Assembly: GCA_044376115.1 (NCBI GenBank)
Contig: JBILLK010000039.1
Span: 24,080-88,079, forward strand
Direction: 5' to 3'
From: Polyangiaceae bacterium
GTDB taxonomy: Bacteria > Myxococcota_A > Polyangia > Polyangiales > Polyangiaceae
Length of the DNA stretch: 64,000 nt
The notes under the pieces are model-generated. The model searched no databases. It saw only the letters and a program-made list of their open reading frames with translations, and was not told the origin of the DNA. The position numbers and the translations under genes were made by a program. Shown here in pieces: positions 26,723 through 36,248 of this stretch; positions within the stretch are counted from its first letter, which is position 1; each line of letters starts with the position of its first letter.

Positions 26723-27946
26723 TCAGGTCCAGATGGCGATGGTCCACACGCCGACCATGTTGCCCTCGGGGGAGCGGCCGACGATGAAGACCGAGACCGC
26801 GGTGCCGTCGATGTGACCGGGCTCACCGTTCGCGCCGAAGTAGAAGACCTGCAGGTCGCTGAGGTTCGCCTCGAGCACGGCCTCGAAGTTGCGCATCTTG
26901 GTGCAGATCACCATCGACTCGGGATCACCCTTGTCTTGGCAGCTGTGTTCGGCCTTCTTCCAGTCGTCCCAGGTCTCGGTCATGGCGGCGAGATCGGCGA
27001 GCGGCTTGTCCGCGTCAGCGTCGTTGTCGACCAGGTCCGCGAAGGCTGCGCGCACGGCTTCTTCGGAGATGTCGCCGCTCAGCGGAGCCGACACGAAGGT
27101 GAACGGGAAGTCCGACTCGCTGATGTAGGTGAGGCCGTCGGCGGCCTTCTCGATCTGCGTCTTGATCTCCGCGTCGGTCGTTTCGCCTGCGGAGGTGAGC
27201 TCGCGCACGATGCGGTGAACGGTGCTGGCGCCGGTGAAGGCACCCGACTTCGACGCATACATCTCGCCGCGCCCGATGACCTCGCCGTTGGAGGCGACGA
27301 GGCGGAAGGTGTGCTGACCGCTGGCGCCTTCGACCACCTGGAAGTTGGTCGAGTCGACGGCGTTGGCCTTGACCGCTTTCACTCCGCTCTCGGCCTTGCT
27401 CTTCGAGCTGTAGCCCTGCGACTGCAGCACGATCTGCCCGTTGCCGGCGCGGAGGCGGAAGTAGGTCTTGCCGTCCTTGCCTTTGAAGGTCTCGAAGCGC
27501 GGGCCGCCTGCTTCAGCCGGTGCGCTCGTCGGGCTCTGCAGCGCGGCGATCACGGCGTCGACGGCCTTCTTGGCGCTCGACTCGGTGGTGTAGAGCTCGC
27601 TCGTGCCGATGATCTCGCCGTTCGTCGCAACCAGGTTGAAGTAGAACTCGCCGTTGTCGGCGCCGAGTACCTTGAAGTTCGCTAGCACCTTGCCGTTCTT
27701 CTTGACCGACGTGATGCCCTTCTTGGCGCTCGAGAGCGAGGTGTAGCCCTCGGAGCGAAGGATGCGCTCGCCGTTCTTGGCGAGCAGCTGGAAGTAGGTC
27801 TGACCGTCTTCGCCGGTGAAGGTCTCGAAGCTGCCGGTGCTGGCCGTGACGTTCTGTTCATCCCCCGTCTCCACCGAGTCATCACAAGCCGGAACACACA
27901 GGGCGAGGACCAAGGTTGCTGCAATGGATCGGAGGAGGTTCTTCAT
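26723..27946 (-). CDS. Lipoprotein: four DUF1508 (YegP-like) repeats fused to a nuclease A inhibitor (NuiA)-like domain
   Basis: VPAC lipobox; 4x F......G..YF.L.A.NG..I..S..Y.S...A; ADGLTYISESDFPF; C-terminal VFIVGRSPEGNMVGVWTIAIWT. Confidence 0.82.
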   Translation of the reverse strand: MKNLLRSIAATLVLALCVPACDDSVETGDEQNVTASTGSFETFTGEDGQTYFQLLAKNGERILRSEGYTSLSSAKKGITSVKKNGKVLANFKVLGADNGEFYFNLVATNGEIIGTSELYTTESSAKKAVDAVIAALQSPTSAPAEAGGPRFETFKGKDGKTYFRLRAGNGQIVLQSQGYSSKSKAESGVKAVKANAVDSTNFQVVEGASGQHTFRLVASNGEVIGRGEMYASKSGAFTGASTVHRIVRELTSAGETTDAEIKTQIEKAADGLTYISESDFPFTFVSAPLSGDISEEAVRAAFADLVDNDADADKPLADLAAMTETWDDWKKAEHSCQDKGDPESMVICTKMRNFEAVLEANLSDLQVFYFGANGEPGHIDGTAVSVFIVGRSPEGNMVGVWTIAIWT

Positions 27947-28222
27947 GATGGCCGGCCTTAAGCAGGTTGTGGGCCAACTTCAGAGCCCAACACTCCCCTC
28001 GATTGGGCCGGAATTTGTGGCGCCAACCTCACGAGTCGCACATCAGTCACCATGTCGTCATGAGAAGGAGATCCAAGTGGGCAAACAATGATCCATTCAC
28101 CCGACCCGCTGGTGGTCCGCGCTCCCAACGCGAAGCTGGGTTGGGCCGATCTCCCGGACGTCTCTTGGTCCGGACGCTCCCGCGGTCTTTTCGGGTTTGC
28201 GCGGCTGGGGCTAGATCCTGGG

Positions 28223-28915
28223 ATGGTTACGACGGGCTTTGGCGCACACGCGCGGGTCGCGCTGCTGTGGGTTTCGATCGTGGGCTGCGGGGTTGACGTG
28301 AGGGTCGCGGACGATGACGGCGCAGGGGCTTCTTCGGAGGGCGCAGGCTGGGCCGTGGGCGGAGCCGGCGGCGGAAGCGGTGAGGGCGGCCAGACCGCCT
28401 ACGACCTGCAGGCTGGGTGCTCCGCGATGTGTGACCAGCCGTGTGTGGGCTCCAAGACGCTTTGCACCGAAGACTGCGTCGAGGCTGCAGGGTGGGCTCT
28501 GGGCTGCGAGCGCGATGCGGTCGAGTGGTACGGCTGCACCATGGACTACTGCGTCGGAGCACAAGACTGCACGGAGCTCGAGTCAAACATCGTTGGGTGC
28601 CTGAATCGAGGTGGCTGCGAAGACCCGGTGGACGGTAGCTTCCAGCTGCTATGCGAGGCACCATCCAGCTACGCTTGTGACGATAATGGATGCGAAGAGT
28701 TGAACAGCTGCGGCTGCTCCGCTCCTTGCTACGACGGCCACTCGGCGAGCGTCAGCTGTGACATCGACTGGGAGGACTTTTCCGAAACGTCCACACCACG
28801 CCATGATTGCCGCTGCTTCTTCGACGGTGAATTCGTCGGAGAGTGCTCCACCTACAGCATAAACGCGTGCCTCGTCGAGTACTCCTGCTGTTCGGGTTGG
28901 TTCGCCGCAGACTGA
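28223..28915 (+). CDS. Cys-rich lipoprotein (tandem paralogue A)
   Basis: IVGC lipobox, Gly linker, 24-Cys domain. Confidence 0.72.
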   Translation: MVTTGFGAHARVALLWVSIVGCGVDVRVADDDGAGASSEGAGWAVGGAGGGSGEGGQTAYDLQAGCSAMCDQPCVGSKTLCTEDCVEAAGWALGCERDAVEWYGCTMDYCVGAQDCTELESNIVGCLNRGGCEDPVDGSFQLLCEAPSSYACDDNGCEELNSCGCSAPCYDGHSASVSCDIDWEDFSETSTPRHDCRCFFDGEFVGECSTYSINACLVEYSCCSGWFAAD

Positions 28916-29108
28916 GCGTGCTCATCCCGCCGTCGAGGGAGCGACGCGCGTCTTCACCTGCGAGCGACGGCTTCGAGCCAGCGGCCTTCTGGTGCATGCA
29001 CACGGTCGCGTTGTTGGCGTCGACGACGGCCAGGGTCGCAAACGGCAATTCGATGCGACGGTAGGCGGCCCTGCGCGTCCTTGGTTACTGGCCCAAGCCT
29101 CACCTTCA

Positions 29109-29792
29109 ATGGCTACCGTGTCAGCTTCCTTGGGAGATCAATCGATCGTGTACAAAGCTCGTAGTTTCGCGTGGTTGAACTTGGCCGTGCTCGTTGCGGC
29201 AGCGGGTTGCGGTGCCGATCTGAAGGTCTCGGAGGACGGTGGCGCGGGCTCGGCCGGAGCAGGCTCCGGGGGTAACGCGGCCTACGACGTGCAAGGCGAG
29301 TGCGCTGTGATCTGCGAGCAGCCGTGTATCGGCTCGTCGGCGAGCTGCAATGAGGACTGCGTAGCGGCTGGAGCTTTCTTTCTCGGCTGTGAGCAGTCAG
29401 CGCTGGAATCGTACGCCTGCATTGTGGATTCTTGCGGGGCCCAAGGTTGCGATGATCTGGAGGCTGATATCTTCAGCTGCCTGGAGCGAGGGGGGTGCGA
29501 AGACCCTGAGGACGAGTCGCTCCAGCCGTTGTGTGAGAACTCGTCCGGCTCGGTTTGTGGAGAGGATGGATGCGACGAGGTCGACTTCTGCGGCTGCACC
29601 GCTGGTTGCTCCGACGGCCACAGCGCCAGCGTCACCTGTGACATCGACCGTGAGAAGTCCGACATAAGCGGCCCCCTCTTCGACTGCCGTTGCTTCTTCG
29701 ATGGTCAACTCGTCGGAGAGTGCAGCATCCATGGTCAGAGCGCCTGCCTCGTCGAAGAATCCTGCTGCCGGGGCCTTTTCGCCGTGGACTGA
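29109..29792 (+). CDS. Cys-rich lipoprotein (tandem paralogue B)
   Basis: AAGC lipobox, 24-Cys domain collinear with 28223-28915. The start may be the GTG at 29148. Confidence 0.72.
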   Translation: MATVSASLGDQSIVYKARSFAWLNLAVLVAAAGCGADLKVSEDGGAGSAGAGSGGNAAYDVQGECAVICEQPCIGSSASCNEDCVAAGAFFLGCEQSALESYACIVDSCGAQGCDDLEADIFSCLERGGCEDPEDESLQPLCENSSGSVCGEDGCDEVDFCGCTAGCSDGHSASVTCDIDREKSDISGPLFDCRCFFDGQLVGECSIHGQSACLVEESCCRGLFAVD

Positions 29793-29814
29793 GACTGCAC
29801 CGTGTAGGAGCAGG

Positions 29815-30720
29815 TCAGCGCGCTCGACTCCATCGGCTTCCTTGCTCACCGCGTAAGGATAGCTCTACCGAATCGACCACCAGCACCATCGTCATCGCGC
29901 TGTTGAGCGCGTCGCGCATCGCCATCGTGCGCGGGGTCATTCGACGTTCCCACCACGCCGACCACGCCGCGCTGGCCTCGGTCCCGCCCAGCTCCGAATC
30001 CTCGAACACCACGTGGGTCCGCGCTGCAGCGTGTTCGACTCGGCACCGTAGCCGCCCTTCGAGGGTCAACGTTTCGGGCTCTTCGCGAGGAATCGTCACC
30101 TGCGCTTGGACGCGCAGGCTCGCCGCACAAGGTTTGGAGCGATCGCCAAGATCCGCGTCGAAGATGAGCTCGGTGCGCACGCCGCGCGTTGGGTACTCGG
30201 CGCCATACGATGCAAACGATTCGTGCCGGTAGCGCTGCGGTGATTCGGCGCTCGCGCGAAAGCCGAGCGCTGCCCAGCCCTGTTCGTCGGCGACGAACGT
30301 CGCTCGGGTCGCGACTTGGCCTGCTTCTTCGATCGCCACCACGCCCGAAGCGCTGATCGAGTACCTGCGCTGAACGATCTCAGACCACATGACCTCGCTG
30401 CCACCGGGATAGCTGTGACCGGAGCGCTCCTCCAGCTTTCCCGCCGACGCAAACCGTAGCTCCGTAAGGTTGCACGCATCGCCGCAGTTTTGCGTGGTCC
30501 AAACTCCGCGGGTGAGCTGTTCCTGGATCGAAGCCAGCTGCGTTGAATTGAGGGTGGGCGCGATCTCTGGCGCAGCTCGTTCGGACTCGGCGGCCGCCGT
30601 CAGCCGTGCGGCTTTCGTCTCTTCGAGCGGTCCGCTACAGCCTGAGGTGGCGAAGCTCAGCTGAGCGAGCAGTGGCGCGAGTGCGAAGGCGGTTGTGCTG
30701 AATAGAGCGTTGCGCTGCAT
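29815..30720 (-). CDS. Hypothetical lipoprotein
   Basis: Signal peptide ending TSGC; directly downstream of the sigma factor. Confidence 0.55.
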   Translation of the reverse strand: MQRNALFSTTAFALAPLLAQLSFATSGCSGPLEETKAARLTAAAESERAAPEIAPTLNSTQLASIQEQLTRGVWTTQNCGDACNLTELRFASAGKLEERSGHSYPGGSEVMWSEIVQRRYSISASGVVAIEEAGQVATRATFVADEQGWAALGFRASAESPQRYRHESFASYGAEYPTRGVRTELIFDADLGDRSKPCAASLRVQAQVTIPREEPETLTLEGRLRCRVEHAAARTHVVFEDSELGGTEASAAWSAWWERRMTPRTMAMRDALNSAMTMVLVVDSVELSLRGEQGSRWSRAR

Positions 30721-30732
30721 GGCTGGCCGCAC

Positions 30733-31371
30733 TCAACCAAACTGACGTCGCAACACCGCGACCGCTGCGCGCACCAAGCGCTTGGCGTCCTCCGGGCCGG
30801 GGAGGGCGCTGGTCTCGGCGATCATCTCGAAACTCGCGCCTTGCAACCATTCGAGCAAGGCCGTGCGCTGATCTGGCGGTAACTCGCGCTGGGCGAACTC
30901 GAGCAGCTGACGTGCGGTTTGTGCGTCGGTGACCGGGGGGCGCACGCCGACGTCGTCGAGCGGGAGCTGTTTGGCCAGCTCGTTGAGCAGGCGCTTGGCC
31001 GAGGGCTCGCCGGGCACCGCGCGCGCCTCACCACCGCGCAGCTCCCGGCCGTAGTCACGGGCGGCGTTGCTGAGGGCGATCTTCAGCCAATCGGCGAAGC
31101 TCTTCTCCGGGTGGCGAGTGGCCCAATCCAGATACAGCTGCAGCGCGCGATGCTCCTCTTGTTCGAGCTTGGCGATGAAGCGCGTGACCACCTCACGCAC
31201 GTCGTCTTCGCTGGCGCCGCGTAGCGCGCTTTGCCCCCGTGCGAAGCGCAAGCAAGGCTCCCACAGCGCCTCGAACAAAGCGCGAAAGGCCGCTGCGTCT
31301 CCAGCCGCGACCCGCCTCGCCAAGGGTTCCGCCGCTAACAGCGGTGCATCGAGGTCGGACGAGGGGCGCAC
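30733..31371 (-). CDS. ECF-type RNA polymerase sigma factor
   Basis: Region 2-like GD.AAF..LF...W, SFADWL....N.ARD; region 4-like LPPDQR.AL....G.SFE.IA. Confidence 0.8.
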   Translation of the reverse strand: MRPSSDLDAPLLAAEPLARRVAAGDAAAFRALFEALWEPCLRFARGQSALRGASEDDVREVVTRFIAKLEQEEHRALQLYLDWATRHPEKSFADWLKIALSNAARDYGRELRGGEARAVPGEPSAKRLLNELAKQLPLDDVGVRPPVTDAQTARQLLEFAQRELPPDQRTALLEWLQGASFEMIAETSALPGPEDAKRLVRAAVAVLRRQFG

Positions 31372-31427
31372 GCCGAGGACTATACTGCAGGCCGCTGCAG
31401 CTTGCGGCCGAAGTCAGCGCCCAGCGT

Positions 31428-31982
31428 TCAGCTGGTGGGTTCGCACGCGCTCGGGGTTCCGCCGCCGCAAACGCAAAGGCAAGGCGGCGCCTCGGCACCG
31501 TCGTTGACCGCCGTAGCGCCGTAGCCGTTGCAGGCGCAGTAGCATTCGGCCCGCTTGAACGAACAGCCGGGTCGATCGCTGCACAGCTGCTTCGAGTGCT
31601 CCGCCTCTGCCGGCGTAGAACCGCGCGTGAGCTCCGCTTGGCTCAAGTTCTGCTCACAGCTCCCCAGCGCTGGTCTGCACAAATACTTCCCACTGCGCGG
31701 CTTTTCTGCGTTGGGATCGAGGACGAGCGTGCACTCCTTGGAGTCCATGCAGGCGGTGCGGGTCAGCTTGGAGCAATCACCGCTGAGGAGCGCAGCGGGC
31801 TCGTTTGACGGAGATTCCGCATCGGCAACGGCTGACTCAGCGTCGGTTGGGAGCTGGACCGTCGCTGGATCGGCCGGCGAGTTGGCGTCGGCTGCGGAGC
31901 AGCCGAGCGCGAAGAGTGAGGCCAAGCCCAACGTGATGGCGACGATCGGGCGAGCCGAGGAGTGAACCTGCGTGAGATACAT
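31428..31982 (-). CDS. Cys-rich lipoprotein
   Basis: ALGC lipobox; C-terminal CYCAC...CLCVCGGG.P..C. Confidence 0.68.
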   Translation of the reverse strand: MYLTQVHSSARPIVAITLGLASLFALGCSAADANSPADPATVQLPTDAESAVADAESPSNEPAALLSGDCSKLTRTACMDSKECTLVLDPNAEKPRSGKYLCRPALGSCEQNLSQAELTRGSTPAEAEHSKQLCSDRPGCSFKRAECYCACNGYGATAVNDGAEAPPCLCVCGGGTPSACEPTS

Positions 31983-32053
31983 GCGCCCTTGGACGCAGCC
32001 TGTGACCAAAGGATCTTGATATTCGCGGGCGGACGCTAAAGGCTCATCGTCCG

Positions 32054-32998
32054 ATGAAGGCTTGGAAGGTTGGTTGCGGCCTCGCAAACGCTACGCTCTT
32101 GCTCGCTGTGTGGGCTACCGGCTGCAGTGATCCTGGGGCTTCGAGCAAAGGCTCAGCTGCGAGCAGCGCTCCAAGCGCGCCTGCGGCTTCCAGTGCGAGC
32201 GGCTCGCCGAGCGCGACTCCCAGCGCCTCGCCGAGTGGCAGCGCTGCTGGCTCAGCCGCTGCGATTGCGCCGCTCGGTAAGGAGGCGTTCTGTGAACGAG
32301 CGATAGCGCTTGGTGAACGCAACTACGAGTCGTGTACCTATGCTCAAAGCGACAACTCTCCAGGTCTTGGCCGTGCGATGAGCTTGTTCAAGGCCTTCTC
32401 AGAGTGCCGAGCCCGTGTGAACTCTGCCAAGGTCGAATTTCACGGTGAGGTTGCGGCTGCTTGCATTGCAGCCGCAGAAGCACGTGGATTGAAGACCACC
32501 TTCTACGTGTTCGATATCCTACCGGCGTGCCAAGGGGTGCTGACGGGCAAAGCCGGGGCAGGCGAGCCAGCGCTCTACGCCGAGGAGTGTGCCAGCGGGC
32601 TTTCGATGCTGAAGAATCGCTGCGTCAAGCCGATCGCCAAACATGGAGAATGCGAGGCGTATTGGGGTGGGCTGCTTAGCAAAGCGGCCGACCATCTTCC
32701 GTGTGAGGCGGGGCTTGCGTGCCTTTTGACGGTGGGTAGCTCAGACGGAAACCCCTCTGTCTACCATTGCTTGCCCCCGCTCGCGCCGGGCGACCGTTGC
32801 AAGCTCGGGCAGGAGCTATGCGGCGCAGAGGCCTCTTGTTACCAGGGCCGTTGCCGCGCACTCGCCAGTGCGGGCGGCGAGTGTATGTCGCTGCTCGATT
32901 GCAAGCCGAAGCACGACTGCGAAATCAAGGGCGGAGTGTTCGGTCGCTGCGTCGCTTCCAACGAGGAGGAGAGCTGCAATCCGCATATCCGGCGTTGA
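32054..32998 (+). CDS. Cys-rich (Dickkopf-like) lipoprotein
   Basis: ATGC lipobox, Ser/Ala/Pro linker, repeated G..C....C..GL.C motifs. Confidence 0.7.
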   Translation: MKAWKVGCGLANATLLLAVWATGCSDPGASSKGSAASSAPSAPAASSASGSPSATPSASPSGSAAGSAAAIAPLGKEAFCERAIALGERNYESCTYAQSDNSPGLGRAMSLFKAFSECRARVNSAKVEFHGEVAAACIAAAEARGLKTTFYVFDILPACQGVLTGKAGAGEPALYAEECASGLSMLKNRCVKPIAKHGECEAYWGGLLSKAADHLPCEAGLACLLTVGSSDGNPSVYHCLPPLAPGDRCKLGQELCGAEASCYQGRCRALASAGGECMSLLDCKPKHDCEIKGGVFGRCVASNEEESCNPHIRR

Positions 32999-33018
32999 GC
33001 GGCGATCCGTTCGCGCGC

Positions 33019-34905
33019 TCACGGCCCGAGGTTGGCGCGCCGTTCGTCTTGCGCGCGCGCAGGGTAGCGGGGTGTGCACAGGGCGAGCGGAACCACGGTT
33101 CGGCCGATTCTGCAGATCACGCCGGCAGGCGCATCGTTGGGTCGGCCTGCCGCGAGGAAGGCCTCGAAGCGGTCCTTTTCGATCGTCGGGAGCGTGAGCT
33201 GCTTGCCGGTCGCAAGCTCGACCCAGGGCGAGCCACGCTCGTCCGTTACCCACGTGCCGTCGGGGTCGAAAACGAGGGAATCAGCGTCGACTGCAGGGAG
33301 CGCTACGACTGAGCCGTCCAGGCGAGACACCGAGAAGGCGAGCCGGCCGTTATGGTTGCTAGCGATCACCTGGTCGCTCGGCCCGAAGGCGAGACGGAGC
33401 TGCTCGCCATCAAGCTTGGGTAACGGGACGCGGTGCAGTAGCTTCTGCGTCCGCTGGTCGATCAGGAGCAGCTCTACGCCTCGCGGGGAAACGGGCGTCT
33501 CGCCGGCGAACAGCGCGAGGGTCCTTTGGTCAGCGCTCATCGCGTACGAAATGATCGTGAAGTAGAGGGAGACGCCGGTTGGGATGAGCTCGAGCGGGGG
33601 CTTGACTAGACCTTGATGGGGAGCTGAAAGGGCCGCCCAAACCTCGCCGGGATCGAACAGGACCGGGGTCTTGGCCGGTGACTCACGGAGACCTCCGGGA
33701 GTGCCGGGCGCCGGCGCAAAGCGAGCGCGTACCGTCGGCGGGAACTGCTGCGTCATGATGTTCGGCTTCTTCGAACTAACGATCAGCGTTCCGTCGGCTT
33801 GGAAGAACACGTCCGGCGTTTCGTTCTCGGCCCCGGGCACACGGTTCGTCTCCACGCGGTTGAGTTGGCGGTCGTGGATGGTGAGTTCGTACTCGAACGT
33901 CCGGCCTCCCTTGGGGCCAGGGATGACGGACGCGATGAAGCGACCGTCCGACGACATCGCTCCGGCGGGCTTGGTGTCGCAGGCTACGACCTCACGCGCC
34001 TCGAGATCGAAGATGGCGAGCCCAGTGTCCGGCCCATTGCTGTGTGGACGACCGGCGTCGACGAGCACGAGGTCGCCCAGCTTCGTGAAGCGTGGCGTGC
34101 GGCGCACCGTGCAGGGGAAGCTTGCGAAGGGTTTGCGTGCGTTCAGGTCGAAGATGACCACCTCCGACGCAGTCTGCGTCGCCACCAGCGGACGCTCCGT
34201 GGAGAAGGTGACAGAACCCCACGACTCGAGCTCGAACGGCGCTGCGTTCGGGTCGGCGAAGTAGAGGTTACGGTGTTCAGAACCTTCGACCATTCGTGCG
34301 ATGAAGGCCTGGCCATCCGGCGCAAGAGTGACACGCTCGGCCTGCCCGGTGATGACGTGCGTCAGCGTGAATGTCGCCTTCTCCACCGAGAGCAGCGCTT
34401 CTCCGCTCGCCGTATTCGCGGAGAAGAGCGCATGAGCACCAACCTTCGAAGGACGCAGGCTGTGGAGCGCATCGAAGCCAGCTTGCGCGTCCCAGGCCCG
34501 TTCGAGGAAGCGGCGCACGCGCGCCCTCTCCCGCTCGGAGAGCTGGGTAACGTTGGGCAGCTGCTTCATCGCCAAGGCGAGGAGTTCTGCGGGCGCACGC
34601 GCCACGTCCTCCTCGAGCTCTCGAGCAACGGCATCGCGCCGCGTGGCGAGCGGCGCGGGAATCGGGCAGCGAGCGTCCTCAGACGAAAGCTTGCTGAGCG
34701 CGACGTCCAACGCCTCCTGCGCGAGGGCGTCGTCGAAGGCCGCCTCGCGGGTTCGCCACGCATCGGCGCAGGAGTTCGTTGGCGTCGTCGACGTAGCGGG
34801 CGGTCTTGGCGCTTCTACTGCGACGCAGCCGAGGTTGCTCGTGAGAGAAAAGGCGCCGAGCACCGCAGTAACGCGAAGTCCGCGCGCGGGCGCCAAGCCA
34901 CTCAC
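33019..34905 (-). CDS. Lipoprotein with WD40/beta-propeller-like repeats
   Basis: NLGC lipobox; repeats APDGQ, SSDGRF, SADQRTL, FDPDGTW. GTG at 34905 overlaps the upstream stop. Confidence 0.62.
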   Translation of the reverse strand: MSGLAPARGLRVTAVLGAFSLTSNLGCVAVEAPRPPATSTTPTNSCADAWRTREAAFDDALAQEALDVALSKLSSEDARCPIPAPLATRRDAVARELEEDVARAPAELLALAMKQLPNVTQLSERERARVRRFLERAWDAQAGFDALHSLRPSKVGAHALFSANTASGEALLSVEKATFTLTHVITGQAERVTLAPDGQAFIARMVEGSEHRNLYFADPNAAPFELESWGSVTFSTERPLVATQTASEVVIFDLNARKPFASFPCTVRRTPRFTKLGDLVLVDAGRPHSNGPDTGLAIFDLEAREVVACDTKPAGAMSSDGRFIASVIPGPKGGRTFEYELTIHDRQLNRVETNRVPGAENETPDVFFQADGTLIVSSKKPNIMTQQFPPTVRARFAPAPGTPGGLRESPAKTPVLFDPGEVWAALSAPHQGLVKPPLELIPTGVSLYFTIISYAMSADQRTLALFAGETPVSPRGVELLLIDQRTQKLLHRVPLPKLDGEQLRLAFGPSDQVIASNHNGRLAFSVSRLDGSVVALPAVDADSLVFDPDGTWVTDERGSPWVELATGKQLTLPTIEKDRFEAFLAAGRPNDAPAGVICRIGRTVVPLALCTPRYPARAQDERRANLGP

Positions 34906-36116
34906 TGCGGAACAGGCACGTTCAAGCACACGCCGACCTCGAGGATCACGTACAAGAGGGCGAGCTCTTGCGGTAGCAGGCCGTCGGAGGATTCAGAGTG
35001 GTAGGTGCTGAAGAGGACGCGACCACATTTGTCCTCGAAGCTGACGGTGAGCGGCTTGTTGCCTTGCGGTGTTGAGCCGGTGATCCACGTCTTGGGCGTG
35101 ACGTTTACGGGCTGGCCTTGCGTGTCGGTGGAGGCGACGGTGTTGAGCTGGTTGATGTACGTGTAGGCCGCCTCGAACGACGGGTTGTTGATGCCTTGGG
35201 CTGCGAGCCAGGCCTGCAGATCGGCGTCCATGTCGGAGGCCTGGGCTGTGTAGTTATCGAGCGTGCAAGCATCCCCGCTGCTCTCATCGAAGGTCACGTA
35301 GCCAGGGAAGGGCTGCTGCATCCACTGATAGGACCAATCGGTTACGTAGTATTTGCCGCCCTCGGCGACGAACTGGCGGATGTTGGCGTCTTCACCGCCG
35401 GTGCCGCCGTTGCACGATGAGCACGGGACGAAGGCGATGTGGAACTGCGAGAGCGTGGCGTAGTCCTCGAAGGCGCTGTCGCAGTTGAAGCCGGAGCACT
35501 CGAAGACGGTGATCTGGTCCTCATCGACGCCGAGCCCGGTCAAGGTCGCGAGGATATCGTCGTAAGCGCCGGCTTGGATGGCCATCTTCGGGATGTCGTC
35601 GCCGTTGGCTTTGTCCATCCTCGAGGGCAGCCGAGTAGCGGTCGCGTCTGCGGTCATCGGGCCCTCGACCACGTCGATTGAACGTACGCGTCGGAACTGG
35701 CCCTTCTGCACGACGAGGTATTGCGGCCCTCCGAGATAGGTCTGTAGCTCGAAGGTGCCGTCGGGGTTGGTGAAGGTGTTGGGCACGCTGTTGTCGAGCT
35801 CGACGCAGGCATCGCAGAAGACGCCATCCGGGATCGCCGGTGGGGGCGTTGGGGTCAGGTAGACGAGCGCGCCGCTGATCGGGATGGTGCCCTCCGGCGC
35901 AACCACTTTGCCGCTCAGCGTGCCGATGGCTGGGATGACCACACCACCGCCGGAGCCGCCGCTGAACTGGTTGGCGCCTTGACCGCTCGCGCCTTGGTCC
36001 CCGCCGCCTTGCGAGTTGGCGCCGGCGCCCGAAGTCGGCTCTGCGCCGGCCGAGCAGGCGAGCGCCAGGGGGAGGATTGAACCAAGTAACAGCGAGCGGC
36101 CGCGAGCGATAAGCAT
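34902..36116 (-). CDS. Myxobacterial lipoprotein with carboxypeptidase-regulatory-like (Ig) domain
   Basis: ALAC lipobox; LSGKVVAPEGTIPISGALVY, T..DG.FEL, VVQKGQFRR, CGRVLFSTYH. Confidence 0.72.
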   Translation of the reverse strand: MLIARGRSLLLGSILPLALACSAGAEPTSGAGANSQGGGDQGASGQGANQFSGGSGGGVVIPAIGTLSGKVVAPEGTIPISGALVYLTPTPPPAIPDGVFCDACVELDNSVPNTFTNPDGTFELQTYLGGPQYLVVQKGQFRRVRSIDVVEGPMTADATATRLPSRMDKANGDDIPKMAIQAGAYDDILATLTGLGVDEDQITVFECSGFNCDSAFEDYATLSQFHIAFVPCSSCNGGTGGEDANIRQFVAEGGKYYVTDWSYQWMQQPFPGYVTFDESSGDACTLDNYTAQASDMDADLQAWLAAQGINNPSFEAAYTYINQLNTVASTDTQGQPVNVTPKTWITGSTPQGNKPLTVSFEDKCGRVLFSTYHSESSDGLLPQELALLYVILEVGVCLNVPVPQ

Positions 36117-36248
36117 GGGCCATCATACGCAAAGCGTGGCGCGAGCGCCACGGCGCGGCGCCTGCGCCACGATCGAAGTTCGCCGCCGCCACAGATTCCG
36201 GCATCCCTGCCGACTTGCTCGCGGTACGCGCGTTGCTTTGGCGTCGGC

